Source: Eledone cirrhosa
Lineage: Eukaryota
DNA: 64,000 nt
Reading direction: 5' to 3'
NCBI GenBank assembly: GCA_964016885.1
Contig: OZ024753.1
Location: 23,870,001-23,934,000 of the forward strand
The notes beneath the pieces were generated by a model. The model did no database searches and was not told where the DNA came from. It worked only from the letters and a program-made list of their open reading frames with translations. Shown in pieces: positions 11,840 through 25,148 of the stretch; the first letter of the stretch is position 1; every line of letters begins with the position of its first letter. Position numbers and translations under genes: made by a program.

Positions 11840-14345
11840 GTAGAAAAGATGAATATAAAATGAAAGTGCTTTTTTTTAAAAGGAATTTATTAGGTATTGG
11901 CATATTTTTCGGTAACAGACGGAATACCTATGTATCGCTGCTTGCGTAATCATATAATGTTAGCAAGTATTCGATAGCAAATGTATAATCAGTTGTCACT
12001 TTTTCAGAGATTTTGGATAAACTGGATAAAATCAGAAAAATTGAAGTATTTATATTAGTAATAGAGGAAGAAGAGAGGGGATAGTATATGACAGATGGTA
12101 ATTCAATTTACTGCTAAACAAGTATATAAAGGGTTTCTAATGAGAATACCATGAGTAAATGGTTCATTTTATCTAAATAAGAATTTTTGGGAGTGCCAAT
12201 TTTAATCTCTACTTGACCAATTGGACAGTGGACAGGGCTGGTCATTTGGTGTAGTAGTATTAATTATAAAGTGTCAATTGGGGAAGGGGGAGATTTCGAT
12301 TGCTGCTGAATAACATCAATGCTAGTAGCCAGCTGGTATATGCATTAGGGAGTTGAATTAAGAAATCAGAAATCTCATTTTATCTATAGCAGTTTATATT
12401 AAATGCTAAATAATAGAAGAGTTGATAGAATTAAGACTAATAGAGAATGTTAATATCTATTTTGACAATCAAACGGAGATAGAGACAGGCGTTCAATCCT
12501 GGTAGTATTTATAATATGAAAATGTAGATCTTAAGCGATGGTTACAGTATAACGATCGCTCTATTCTGTTATTTAATAAAATGTTTTTGGATTTCATAAT
12601 ACAAAATAATTCTACATTACATAATTTACAAAATTCCTGTCCGATGGAATATGGGGGGGGGGGGGGGGGCAACCGCTGTTATATCCCATTTTAGGTGAAA
12701 TTGTTGGTTATTTTCACGCAGTTGCCAAGCCTTGTCTGCGAGTGTTGTTACATAACGCTGGTGTTCATGTTTTATCGAGTAACGATGTCTATAAAGGCGT
12801 GATTTGAAGGAGGTGGCTGTAGATCCCACATAGTACCACTTCTGTCTATCCGATTCGATAGTACATTTGTATACGATGTTGCGTTCAAGACACTGATTGT
12901 TCAACGGACACATCCCTGGTTGGACACAGTTGCAATTATAATTTTGCGTTGTTGTATTGTCATGGATGGGTTGGTGAGGTTGCTTAGGTAGGACAGGATG
13001 TTGTTTGTTGTTTTGTGATGTTATAGCTAATGTTTTACGTGTATTGTTATGTGTTGGAAGGCGCTTATACAACCGTTTTGCGTTAAGCTTTTTATATGTT
13101 GTTCAATATTAGGGGCGGTTGAATATGAAAGTCGAATAGTGTTAGGGTTTAAGATTTTATTATATTTATGTGATGTTGGAAAGTGTTTTTTAAATAATCG
13201 AAAGAATTGTGAGGGTAGATTGGTTTTAATAGAGTTGTTATAGACCGGGTTGTACCAAATATACTCTTTACATCGCCTTCTGTTTGGTGGTGTGCGACTA
13301 TTATTGTGTCTATTGCGGTAGTGTATGTATGGTGGTGATTCTGCGCTATTTCTACTCCTATGGGATTTATTTTGGGTGTTTTGGTGATCTTCGACTATAT
13401 ACTCTATATTATCTAGGTGTCCGGCTTTCCTAAGTGCATCATCATAATACTCGGCATGTTCTTTGAAGGTTTGTTGGTTGGACGACAGGCGGGAGATTCT
13501 AAGAGAAACATTTCTAGGGATGGATTTAATTATAGAGAGTGGATGGTTAGAACTCGTATTTACATATTTAAGGTTCTCATTTAGTTTATGGAACGGTTTA
13601 ATCGTATCTGTATTGAGATTCAAAGTAACATCAAGGAAATTGACCTCTTTGAGGTTATATTCAAATGTAATATTTAATCCTAGTTCCTTAAAAAGCTTTC
13701 TGATATTTTTACGCATCCTTTCTAAATTCTGGTTATTCATATGCTTAACTAATAGGAGCGCATCATCACGGTAGATTCCACCGTGGAGATCCTTGAATTT
13801 TCCTTGTAGTCTGTGGGTGATATAAATTCCCACAAGATCTGTTACTTCCGCCGAATCATTAGAACCCATAGTAATATCAAAATTAGAAGGTCTATCTTTG
13901 CGAACCCAGTAGCTATCATCGAATTTAACTATAGTTTTCCTCGCTTCCATAATAATTTTAATTTCAGCATCTGTAAGGTCGGAATTAGCCTTAGCGAACG
14001 AAAGAGCTTCATGTAGAGTATCAGGTGAAATTGAGGAATAATGTTCATCAATATCAAACTGAATAAATTTTGATTTTTTCTTATCAGTAATGTTATTAAA
14101 CCATCTTATTGCTTCATGAGTGTTACCCCATAGTTTAATTTCTACTTTAACCTTAACTTGGGGGATAATTCTGTCTAGTATATATTTGCTAATTTTGCCT
14201 ATATCAGATTTAGAGGGGCATATAAGTCTAATCTTAGGGTTAGTATCGAAGTTTACCTTGTGGTCCTTCAGGTTGAAGGATGGTATAGCTGGTGTTAACC
14301 TTTGAGCGCTTACTCTCATATTGGATACCTTTTGATGGTCTTTTA
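11840..14345 (-). mobile_element. Penelope-like element (RT + GIY-YIG), 5'-truncated, possibly Nematis-like
   Basis: LKDHK..RLICPSKSDIG, FIQFDI, FDITMGS, YRDD, VNFLDV and SNHP motifs; CNC..CPL..CL; IVYKC..YVGST..FKSRLYRH GIY-YIG; reading frame ends at 12493; 3' boundary approximate. Confidence 0.9.
12493..14319 (-). pseudogene. PLE RT/GIY-YIG polyprotein, two frameshifts
   Basis: ORFs 13027-14319 and 12626-13072, plus a C-terminal frame FCKLCNVE..CNHR after the poly-G slip at 12653-12669. Confidence 0.88.
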
Positions 14346-14365
14346 CTTCTTTCTTCTTCTACAAC

Positions 14366-16668
14366 ATGGATTATTACAACATAACCAATTCAACTAAAGA
14401 CATTCCTATACCTGGTAAATCTGAATTCACCAAACTTCTAATTGAAAAAACTGACTCCTTCGTGAGAAGACTTAGATGGACAGCCTATTTCTATGACCAG
14501 CGCCTAAAAGGGAACTTCTATACCAAAGAACATAACTTCCTCGATCATCTATTTAATTCTAGAAGAAATCCTCCTTCCAACAAAAATCTAGTGCAATTCG
14601 AGGAAGAGTTAACTAAAATAATAAAAAATCTTAAATTCAAGAGATACCCTTACAAAGGACAAGAGCACCTTGTAAATCTCAAGAACACAATTTCTAACCT
14701 AAATTCCTCAAAAAATGTTTTAGTCCACTCTGACAAAACCAATAACTTATATGGTATTTCCAAGGATAATTATAACAACCTTATCCTAAAGGAACTTAGG
14801 AAAAAATATCGTAAAACCAACCATGAAAATTTAGAATACATAAACCTTGAAGCCTCTGAGATTATGTCAAAACTTGGCATTGAAAAAAAGACAGAACCAT
14901 TCCTCCCAAGAACTCCGAGGATAAATCTCAAGGATCACAAAAACAATTTTCGCACTGAACTACCTGTTAGATTAATCGCCCCCTCTAAATCTGATCTGGG
15001 GGTTGTTAGTAAAGCCATCTTGGATAGAATTATCCCACAGGTTCGTTCTAATTGCTCTTCTTTGAACCTAAATTTATGGTTTGGTACTTCTGAAGTGATT
15101 AGTTGGTTCAACAAATTGAATAATAAAAACAAACTAAAATTTGTTCAATTTGATATTGCCAGCTACTATTCCTCCATTTCGCCTTCACTTCTCAATAATG
15201 CTCTATCTTTCGCACTTAAATATTCTGACATCACCACAGATGAACTTGGGAGCATCCGATTAATCCCAATTGACTGATTTAATTGGTATCTTTATTTTGA
15301 ACTCTTTGAGTCGGAAAATTCCTCAACTTCGCGGTGGAATTTATCGTGACGATGGACTCTTTACTATCTTAAATTGCAATATAGTTAACCTTAATATTAT
15401 TAAGAACAATATACGTAATCTCTTTAACCAACATAACTTAAAAATTGAATTTGATAACAGTATCAAACTAGCTAATTTCTTGGATGTATCTCTTAATCTT
15501 GACACTGGCCTATATTACCCTTACCATAAAAACAATGAGAACCTAAATGGTGTTAACTTTAAATCTAACCATCCTACTAATATCAAGAATGCTATAGTTA
15601 GTAATATTGGAAAAAGAATATCTAACCTATCTTCTAATAAAAACATCTTTGATGCTAACGCCAATTACTATAATAACGCGCTTTCTAAAGCCGGCTATCC
15701 TGATAAAATCAAATATAGTAAAGAAACAAATTCTAGAAGAACTTACAGTAGAATAATTAATCATGATCATTCCAATAACTTTAACAAAAGACCTAGATAC
15801 AAAAACATAATCTGGTATAATGCTCCTTTCTCCATCTCTATTAATAACAATATTCCTAAATTATTCTTTAGTGCCTTAAATAAATGCTTCCCTCCCTCAC
15901 ATATCTATAGTAAAATATTTAACAAACACACCATAAAATTTTCTTATTCTACATCCTCCAGCATTTCCAACATTATCTCTAAACACAACAATAAAATACT
16001 AAATACTAAATCTCTTCCTTCCAACACTAAATTTCATAATAATAGTACTCCCGACGTCATTGTAAACCCTAGGCTATTTTCTACAAACCCAAATACAACG
16101 TCAAACACAACTTCGCTAAATGTTCATAATCCCACTCTAAATCAAGAAACTATTATTCCTATCGCAAACAACTTCTCCAATCCAATTCCTTCTATAGATA
16201 ACACTAGGTCACTCATTAATAATCTCTCTGATTGCAATTGCAATTGCCCTATTAAAAATAAATGTCCTCTCAACAACCATTGTCTTGATAAAAACTTAAT
16301 TTACGAATGTAAAGTTATAACTGACACCAATTCCTTCACCTATTTTGGCTCCACTTCCACCTCTTTTAAAGCTCGTCTTTATAACCATCATTCATCTTTT
16401 AAATACAAACTTAAAAGAACCAACACGGCTCTCTCAGAACTCATATGGTCCTTGAAAGACAAAAACATTAAATATAGCATCTTTTGGAAGAAGGTTTCTT
16501 CTGCGTCTACATACTTGAACAGTTCTCTATCTAAAATCTGCAATTTCTGTCTAAATGAAAAATTTACCATTATCTCTAATTTACCATTATCTCTAATCTA
16601 GACGCACTGACTTGTTTTCTATCTGCTTGCATAAATTCCATAAAACATTTCACAAAGTATACAGCTAA
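14366..16668 (+). pseudogene. PLE RT/GIY-YIG polyprotein with an internal RT deletion (~15250) and a 17-bp duplication (16564-16597)
   Basis: Segment between ITTDEL and the GxxD motif is missing relative to the minus-strand PLE; C-terminus continues LFSICLHK to a stop at 16668. Confidence 0.85.
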
Positions 16669-16803
16669 TATTCAATTCTTAATCAATTTAGAATCTTTTT
16701 CTCAAAGGCACATATATATACACTTCTTTTAAAAATATACCCATCTTTCTACCTTATCTCAAAGGTTATTATACATTCTATAATACTTGTTTACTCATTA
16801 CTC

Positions 16804-17287
16804 TTACTATATATCACCTTGTAAAATCCTTCGTAAACATATACATTTTTTTTTACGCTAGATTATTCATCCTCAATTCATTATTCTTTTCTCCCTATCA
16901 TCTAACTCATTATTCTCAATACATATTAACATTTTCTTTTTCTTCGCACATATTATCAAATCCTTCAATATACAAACCTTAACTTTACATTATTTTTCTC
17001 TTCATTAATTTTCAAATTCCTATAATACTTGTTGACTCATTCTACATCACCCATATTTATCACTTCCTTTTCTTCTCTTCTAATATCTAACCCCTAATCT
17101 GTACCTTTTCTCACTCTTGCCTAACATAGAATCAATTATTTCATAATACAACACATTCTTACTCTATATCACCTTATAAAAATCCTTCGTAAACATATAC
17201 ATTTTTTTTTTACGTTAGAATATTCATCCGCAATTCATTATTCTTTTCTCCCTATCATCTAACTCATTATTCTCAATACATATTAAC
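16804..17287 (+). repeat. ~130-bp direct repeat pair in the PLE 3' UTR
   Basis: 16804-16930 resembles 17159-17287 (ATCCTTCGTAAACATATACATTTT...CTCAATACATATTAAC). Confidence 0.85.
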
Positions 17288-17654
17288 TCCTTCTCTTTCT
17301 TCGCAAACATTTTTCTCTTTTTCTCTTCGTTAATTTTCAAATTCTTTTAATTTATACATTATCTTCCAACGGTTTTCAACCTCTCTATGTAAAACAATAT
17401 ATCTTTCTCAGTTATAAAAACTATCTCTCGCTCTCTGTCACCCATCTCTCCTCCTATCTCATCCTTCCTCACTATACTCCTCCCTCTCCACCTTCACTCT
17501 CATCTCCTCCTCTTTTTTTCATCCTTTCCACCCCACCCCCCTCTAAATAAAATATTTTTTCAAATATCACACATCAATCTAAAACTACTTCTCATATGTT
17601 GATTTAAAACTGAACTATCCACAAGTGTTTTTTAGACTTCATATCATGTCCTCC

Positions 17655-17724
17655 TGTTTTATCTGTGGAAACACAAATATTATTGCATGATGATATTTGT
17701 TTTTGAAATGCGCATAATAAAATA
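17655..17724 (+). ncRNA. Type I hammerhead ribozyme relic (core mutated)
   Basis: TGTTTTAT-CTGTGGA-stem II-GAAA-TGCGCA-TA-ATAAAATA; homologous to the intact copy at 55143-55213. Confidence 0.7.
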
Positions 17725-17850
17725 CATGGAACTCCTTTAACCATCTTTTGTTCTTATATATTATGTATACTCCAGTCCCACAAACTGTAGAGTGCATCTT
17801 ATCCGATATCTGCATTGCTTTATTGTACTACAATAAAACTCACCTCCTAC

Positions 17851-17942
<92 letters not shown>

Positions 17943-18081
17943 ATATCTATATATGTATATATATATGTATATATATATATATATGTATGTATATATCTAT
18001 ATATGTATATATATATGTATATATATATATATATATATGTATGTATATATATATATGTATGTATATATGTATGTATATATG

Positions 18082-18133
<52 letters not shown>

Positions 18134-18189
18134 TTTATGTATGTATGTATATATATATGTATATATATATATATGTATGTATATATATG

Positions 18190-18262
<73 letters not shown>

Positions 18263-18626
18263 GTATGTATATATATATATGTATATATATGTATATATAT
18301 ATGTATGTATATATATGTATATATATATGTATGTATATATATGTATATGTATATGTATGTATATATATATATGTATATATATGTATATATATATGTATGT
18401 ATATATATGTATATATATATGTATGTATATATATGTATATATATATGTATGTATATATATGTATATATATATGTATATATAAATATGTATATATATATGT
18501 ATATATATATGTATATATATGTATATGTATATATATGTATATGTATATGTATATATATATATATATGTATATATATGTATATGTATATGTATGTATATAT
18601 ATATATATGTATATGTATGTATATAT

Positions 18627-18705
<79 letters not shown>
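17851..18705. repeat. (TA)n-rich microsatellite
   Basis: Visible. Confidence 0.95.
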
Positions 18706-18707
<2 letters not shown>

Positions 18708-18856
18708 TAAGATGTATGGTAGGTCGTATGTGAATCGCGATGATCACGTCTGACTTACCAAATATGTGACGGTAGCTAGTTAAGCTCTATGCGTATACGC
18801 AGAGCAGAAATATTAGTGAAAAAGAACAAAGGAACTATTATGACATTATAACAAGT

Positions 18857-18912
18857 TTATTGCCGACAGCCGTTTCGTCCGACCCCATGGTGGGACTTAT
18901 CAAGGCATATAA
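18857..18912 (-). ncRNA. Minimal type I hammerhead ribozyme, U3-A8 core variant
   Basis: Reverse complement of 20491-20546. Confidence 0.8.
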
Positions 18913-20490
18913 CATGTGATTGCAAGATCATTGTTTACATCAACGTATCACTCAAGGCTAGCAGTTTGAAATTGTTGTATACATCAGCAACTCCGCTTTA
19001 AGGGGGGCTCTTTTATATTAGTTGTCGGGGTCAGGGATTGAAGTTTAAAAATTAGACAAAAATATATAATTTACGCATCAACATTAAACCAAAAGACTTG
19101 GGGTCCCGTAGAAGCACCTTAGAAAAACCCTCAATGAGTGCATAAAGCTTACAGGCTCCAATAAACCTATTAGTCTAGAAGAAAATTAAGAGTCTAATAA
19201 AATAAGAAAATAAAAATATAAAGTTTCCCTAAAAAATATATAAAGTTCCTATGAAATTTCTTCTAGAGAAAAAATTTTTTTTCCAAAAGAAAAAAAACCT
19301 TCTTCCCCCGAGATCACGTTTACAAAATTCAGAAAACTGAATTGAAAACTAGGTTGAAAGAAACTAATCAATTAGAGGTTAATTCAGAGAGCCTTCCATA
19401 AATCTCTCAGAAAAGGCCCCTTTAATATTTCCAATAGGAACCTCTTCCGAGAGACCCTTCGAAGAATTAAAATTTTAGAGAGCCTTTACGGATAAATATA
19501 AAAACGAATTGAGGAAAATTATACATTAAAAGTTAAAAATTAAAAATTACGGTATTTGGGATATCCGAGGAATTTTCAAAGGGCTGCTTCAACAGATACA
19601 ACTTAGGCATAATAGATACAATAATCTAAGCAATTTAAGTAATTTAATTAGGGAGCAATTCAAGGAGTTCATCAAGTTGGGCAAGATTAAAGAAAGTGGT
19701 AACTAAGAAAATACATAAGCAAAAAGACAATAATCATAAAATGTATCTTCAAGAAGGTATAAGGTAGCTTCAGTGATCTAACCCTGTACTATCACAAAAA
19801 ACATTCCAAAATTATTGATACAGGATTAAAAATCCTCTGATATCCCAAATACCGTAATTTTTAATTTTTAACTTTTAATGTATAATTTTCCTCAATTCGT
19901 TTTTATATTTATCCGTAAAGGCTCTCTAAAATTTTAATTCTTCGAAGGGTCTCTCGGAAGAGGTTCCTATTGGAAATATTAAAGGGGCCTTTTCTGAGAG
20001 ATTTATGGAAGGCTCTCTGAATTAACCTTTAATTGATTAGTTTCTTTCAACCTAGTTTTCAATTCAGTTTTCTGAATTTTGTAAACGTGATCTCGGGGGA
20101 AGAAGGTTTTTTTCTTTCGGAAAAAATTTTTTTTCTCTAGAAGAAATTTCATAGGAACTTTATATATTTTTTAGGGAAACTTTATATTTTTATTTTCTTA
20201 TTTTATTAGCCTCTTAATTTTCTTCTAGACTAATAGGTTTATTGGAGCCTGTAAGCTTTATGCACTCATTGAGGGTTTTTCTAAGGTGCTTCTACGGGAC
20301 CCCAAGTCTTTTGGTTTAATGTTGATGCGTAAATTATATATTTTTGTCTAATTTTTAAACTTCAATCCCTGACCCCGACAACTAATATAAAAGAGTCCCC
20401 CTTAAAGCGGAGTTGCTGATGTATACAACAATTTCAAACTGCTAGCCTTGAGTGATACGTTGATGTAAACAATGATCTTGCAATCACATG

Positions 20491-20546
20491 TTATATGCCT
20501 TGATAAGTCCCACCATGGGGTCGGACGAAACGGCTGTCGGCAATAA
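20491..20546 (+). ncRNA. Minimal type I hammerhead ribozyme, U3-A8 core variant
   Basis: TGCC-TTGATAA-GTCC(CACCATGGGGTC)GGAC-GAAA-CGGCTG-TC/GGCA; predicted cut after C20538; AATAAA at 20542-20547. Confidence 0.8.
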
Positions 20547-20659
20547 ACTTGTTATAATGTCATAATAGTTCCTTTGTTCTTTTTCACTAATATATATATA
20601 TATATGTATATGTATATATATATATGTATATATATATATATGTACATATATATATATTC

Positions 20660-23290
20660 AGGTTTGAGGTTCACCACTGGATAGAGCTGGTCAATTCCGT
20701 ATGGTCAATCTTAATGTAATAATATGGAGAGTACTCAACGTAAAGCAGTTCAACCGTCTTTGTTTTTGTAGTTGGTGGTGCTATTACGGAGTTAAATATT
20801 ATAATGAAATGACAGGAGGCTGGACTTGTGTAAATCCTTGAAAGGTTTATTATACTATGCTCTTTTCAATTACCGGGTTCCGTATGAATCCGGTTATATC
20901 ATCAGGTATTCGAAATATAATAAGTGAATGTAATAGATAAAATCCATGGGGTTGAAAATCGAAGACCCGAGGACGACCGCCATCCAGCATCTTCCACCTT
21001 TGCCGGTCGCCCTCAAGTGATGTGGCTAAAGCTTACAGTGTGCCACTACCGGTCAAATAAAAGAAAACAGAAAGGGATAGGAGCATAAGTCAGCGTTAAT
21101 ATCGTGCCACAAGAAAAAAGAAAGAAAGAAGAGAGAAGGGGGAAGGAAAAAGAAAGAAAGAAAGAAAGAAGAGAGAAGAAGGGGAAGGAAGAAAAGGAAG
21201 AAGAGAATTCAGGGTTAAGGTCAGCTATAAGAAGAAAGACAGAAAGAAAGAGGAGGAAGAGTCGGTATTACAGTCAGGCCAGGAATTTTCGCGAAAAAAA
21301 TTTATTCTAAGGGCCCGTATCTTAACAACTGCTATCGATCAAATATAGGCAAACAAAAAGGGGAAGGAAAGTCAGCGTTAATATCATGCCACAAGGAGAA
21401 AGACAGAAAGAAGGGGGAAGGGAAGAAGAAGAAAAGTCAAGGTTGATGGCTACAAGAAGAAAGATAGAAAGAAAGAGGAAGAAAGGTCGATATTAATGTC
21501 AGACTACAGTCAGGCCAGGAATGGCGCGAAAAAATATTTTCAAAGGGACCCGTATCTTAGCAGAGGTAAATATAGTGTGGGTCTGTATGTTATAATGTGT
21601 GAGCAGAAGATTGGGACGTTACATTTTTGTTTAGATTTATAGGATGAAGTTAAAGATTAATATTTAATATTAACATTATAAAATTAAAGAAATTAGAAAA
21701 TTGAGAGTTAAACAGTTTAACATTTTTAAGGTTGCGATGTTTAAGCAAAGAAAGAGTCTTTTATGAAGAAACTTAAATTTTATTATAGAGTAAAGATTAT
21801 GTCTTTGTTTAGCCGTCAAACAGCATGCGGCGACCACAAGCTTGCGCAGCCCATCACTCGGAGTGATATCGCCTAGCGAAAGATATGGAAATCGATTTTT
21901 CCGAGCACTCTAGGAATGTATAACAGGCTTCAGGTGCGCCAGCAGGAAGTCAGCCTGCATCGTTAGGCCATCCTTGTACAAAACCAGTACTATTCCTTTA
22001 CCCAGGAGGGGGATTTTCTTAAGTAGAGGGAGGCGTGATACATCTAATAGTTCTGATTTGATCTGTAATTTAAAAGTACTATATGGCGGTCAAAAAACCG
22101 GCTTCGCGCCGGGTCCCCGGGGCGAATCAAGCCACTCCGAGTAGTTTCATTTACCGAAAGAAGGTGAAATTTATTTTTCCAAGCACTCAAGGTAGGCCTA
22201 TGCACAAGGGGGCAGGTCCCACCGCCAGGAAAACCAACCCAATAGTCCGACAGAAAGTTGGAACGTTAAAATATAGTTTAGATTTATAGGATGAAGTTGA
22301 AATAATTCAGAATAACATTATAAAATTAAAGAGTAAGAAGATTGAGAATTGAATAAATAGAACATTGAAAATTAAACGTTTAAATAATTAAAACATTTTT
22401 TTTAAGGTTTTGAGTTGCGGGGTTTAGTTAAAGAGAGTCTTTTATGAAGAAACGTTAATTGTATTATATAGATCCTCTATAAGTTATCCTAGTGGGAGGT
22501 AGAGTAAGGGATATAATCGGGTAATATTTATTTTTGTTCTCAGAGTGAGACATTCTAGTGTCGTGTGCTAATGGGTACAAGTGAGTAAACGTCCCAATAA
22601 GAGGAGTAGAAATACATGGACACATAGAAGTAGAATACGTGAAAAAGCACATTAATAAAGCAAAGGTATAAATATATAAATAAACCAACAAGAGTGGTGG
22701 TAGAGTAAGATGGAGAAATCAAGACATAGGAGAAATACAATATAGTTCAGGTTGCAGTATTTATGTTCCCAGGGGAAGACATTCTAGTGTCGTGTGCTAA
22801 TGGGTACACGCGAGTAAAAGTCTGAAAAAGAGGAGTAAAATGTACATGGATGTATAAAAGTAGAATACGTGGAAAAAACATTAATACAGCAAAGGTAGAA
22901 AGATATAAAGATATAAATAAACAAAGAAGAGTGGTGGTGGAGTAAATGGAGAGATCAAAACACAGGAGAAATACAATATAGTTCAAGTTGCAGTCAGGTA
23001 ATGCATATATATGTGGAAATGGAATCAGTGTGTGTTCGAGTCTGAGAATTCAGGCCCTGAAGTATAGGGTAGCGAATTTAGTCAATACAGTACAGTACAA
23101 TACATGTTATGGTATAGTCCGTAGAATTTCGTCGAAGTCTGAATATTCTGAGAGGGAAGTAACAATGGGCCAGGTGGGCGGTAGGCAAAAACACTGTGTA
23201 GCCAAAATACGAATGGTGGTTAGATATATTCAGTCCCATGCCGCTGTTCATTATTACATTTGGAAGTGCTCAACATTACAGGAGCATTAT
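20660..23290 (-). mobile_element. Probable PLE-related 3' region relic built of diverged tandem duplications
   Basis: Hammerhead plus AATAAA near its left end; duplicated blocks 21089/21370, 21630/22277 and 22545/22778; no RT ORF visible. Confidence 0.45.
20852..20909 (-). ncRNA. Type I hammerhead ribozyme, partly decayed
   Basis: ATAC-CTGATGA-13-bp stem II (10 pairs)-GAAA-AGAGCA-TA/GTAT followed by AATAAA. Confidence 0.65.
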
Positions 23291-23293
23291 TGA

Positions 23294-23425
23294 TATATAT
23301 ATGTATATCTATATATATATGTATATATATATAAATGTATATGTATATATATGTATGTATATGTATATATATGTATATGTATATATATATGTATATATGT
23401 ATATGTATATATATATGTATGTATG

Positions 23426-23472
<47 letters not shown>

Positions 23473-23543
23473 GTATATATATATATATGTATATGTATAT
23501 ATATATATATGTATATGTATATATATATATGTATATGTATATG

Positions 23544-23588
<45 letters not shown>

Positions 23589-23845
23589 GTATATATATAT
23601 ATGTATGTATATATTTATATGTATACTTTTATATATATGTATGTGTATATATATATGTATGTATATATATATATATATATATGTATATATTCATGTATAT
23701 ATATATATATATATGTATGTATTTATATATATGAGTGTATATATATATATATATATATATGTTTGTATATATATATATATGTTTGTATATATGTATATAT
23801 ATATATGTGTATGAATATATATATATGTATGTATTTATATATATG

Positions 23846-23923
<78 letters not shown>

Positions 23924-24195
23924 TGTGTTTGTATATATATATATATATATGTTTGTATATATATATATATGGGTATGAATATATATATATGTTTGTATAT
24001 ATATATATATATGTTTGTATATATATATATATGTTTTTATATATATATATGTGTATGTATATATGTATATATATGTATATATGTATGTATATATGTATAT
24101 ATGTATATATATATATATATGTATGTATTTATATATATGTATGTATGTACATATGTTTGTATATATATATATATGTATGTATATATATATATATG

Positions 24196-24227
<32 letters not shown>

Positions 24228-24325
24228 TATGTATATGTATATATATATATATGTATATGTATATATATATGTATATGTATATATATATATATGTATATGT
24301 ATATATATATATGTATATGTATATG

Positions 24326-24364
<39 letters not shown>

Positions 24365-24629
24365 TTATGTATATATATATATGTATGTATATATTTATAT
24401 GTATACTTTTATATATATGTATGTGTATATATATATGTGTATGTATATATGTATATATATGTATATATTCATGTATATATATATATATATATATGTATGT
24501 ATTTATATATATGTATGTATATATATATATATATATATGTTTGTATATATATATATATATATATGTTTGTATATATGTATATATATATATGTGTATGAAT
24601 ATATATATATGTTTGTATTTATATATATG

Positions 24630-24710
<81 letters not shown>

Positions 24711-24973
24711 TTGTATATATATATATATATATGTTTGTATATATATATGGGTATGAATATATATATATGTTTGTATATATATATATATATGTTTGTATAT
24801 ATATATATATGTTTTTATATATATATATATGTGTATGTATATATGTATATATATGTATATATGTATGTATATATGTATATATGTATATATATATATATAT
24901 ATATGCATGTATTTATATATATGTATGTATGTACATATGTTTGTATATATATATATATGTATGTATATATATG

Positions 24974-25006
<33 letters not shown>

Positions 25007-25148
25007 GTATATATGTATATATATATATATGTATGTATCTAGGGCGGGTATGTATGTATATATATATGTATATATATATGTATATATATGTATATATATA
25101 TATGTATGTATATATATATATGTATATATATATATATGTTTATATATA
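23294..25148. repeat. (TA)n-rich microsatellite with ~780-bp higher-order duplication
   Basis: Landmark motifs recur at 23581/24361 and 23971/24749. Confidence 0.9.

Larger units (their letters stand above)
14346..17750 (+). mobile_element. Penelope-like element, near full length, with ~1.1-kb 3' UTR
   Basis: ORFs 14366-15277 and 15270-16601 (KDIPIP, SDKTNNLY, YRDD, SNHP, IYEC..YFGST GIY-YIG, CNFCLNEK); hammerhead relic near the 3' end. Confidence 0.92.
18706..20593. mobile_element. ORF-less fold-back element with ~755-bp inverted arms, probably PLE-derived
   Basis: 18810-19565 is the reverse complement of 19839-20593 with only a handful of differences; ~273-bp spacer; ~100-bp unique extension on the left; flanked by (TA)n. 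Confidence 0.9.

Noticed and set aside
11892-11929. Hammerhead-like layout at the minus-strand PLE end (7-bp stem AGGTATT/AATACCT, GAAA, AATAAA)
   Set aside because: No CUGANGA or compensated core; at most a deleted relic
17748-18753. Long Ile/Tyr/Met/Cys ORFs here and at 5.9k, 9.5k, 23-25k, 54k and 62k
   Set aside because: Translations of (TA)n microsatellite that happen to lack stop codons
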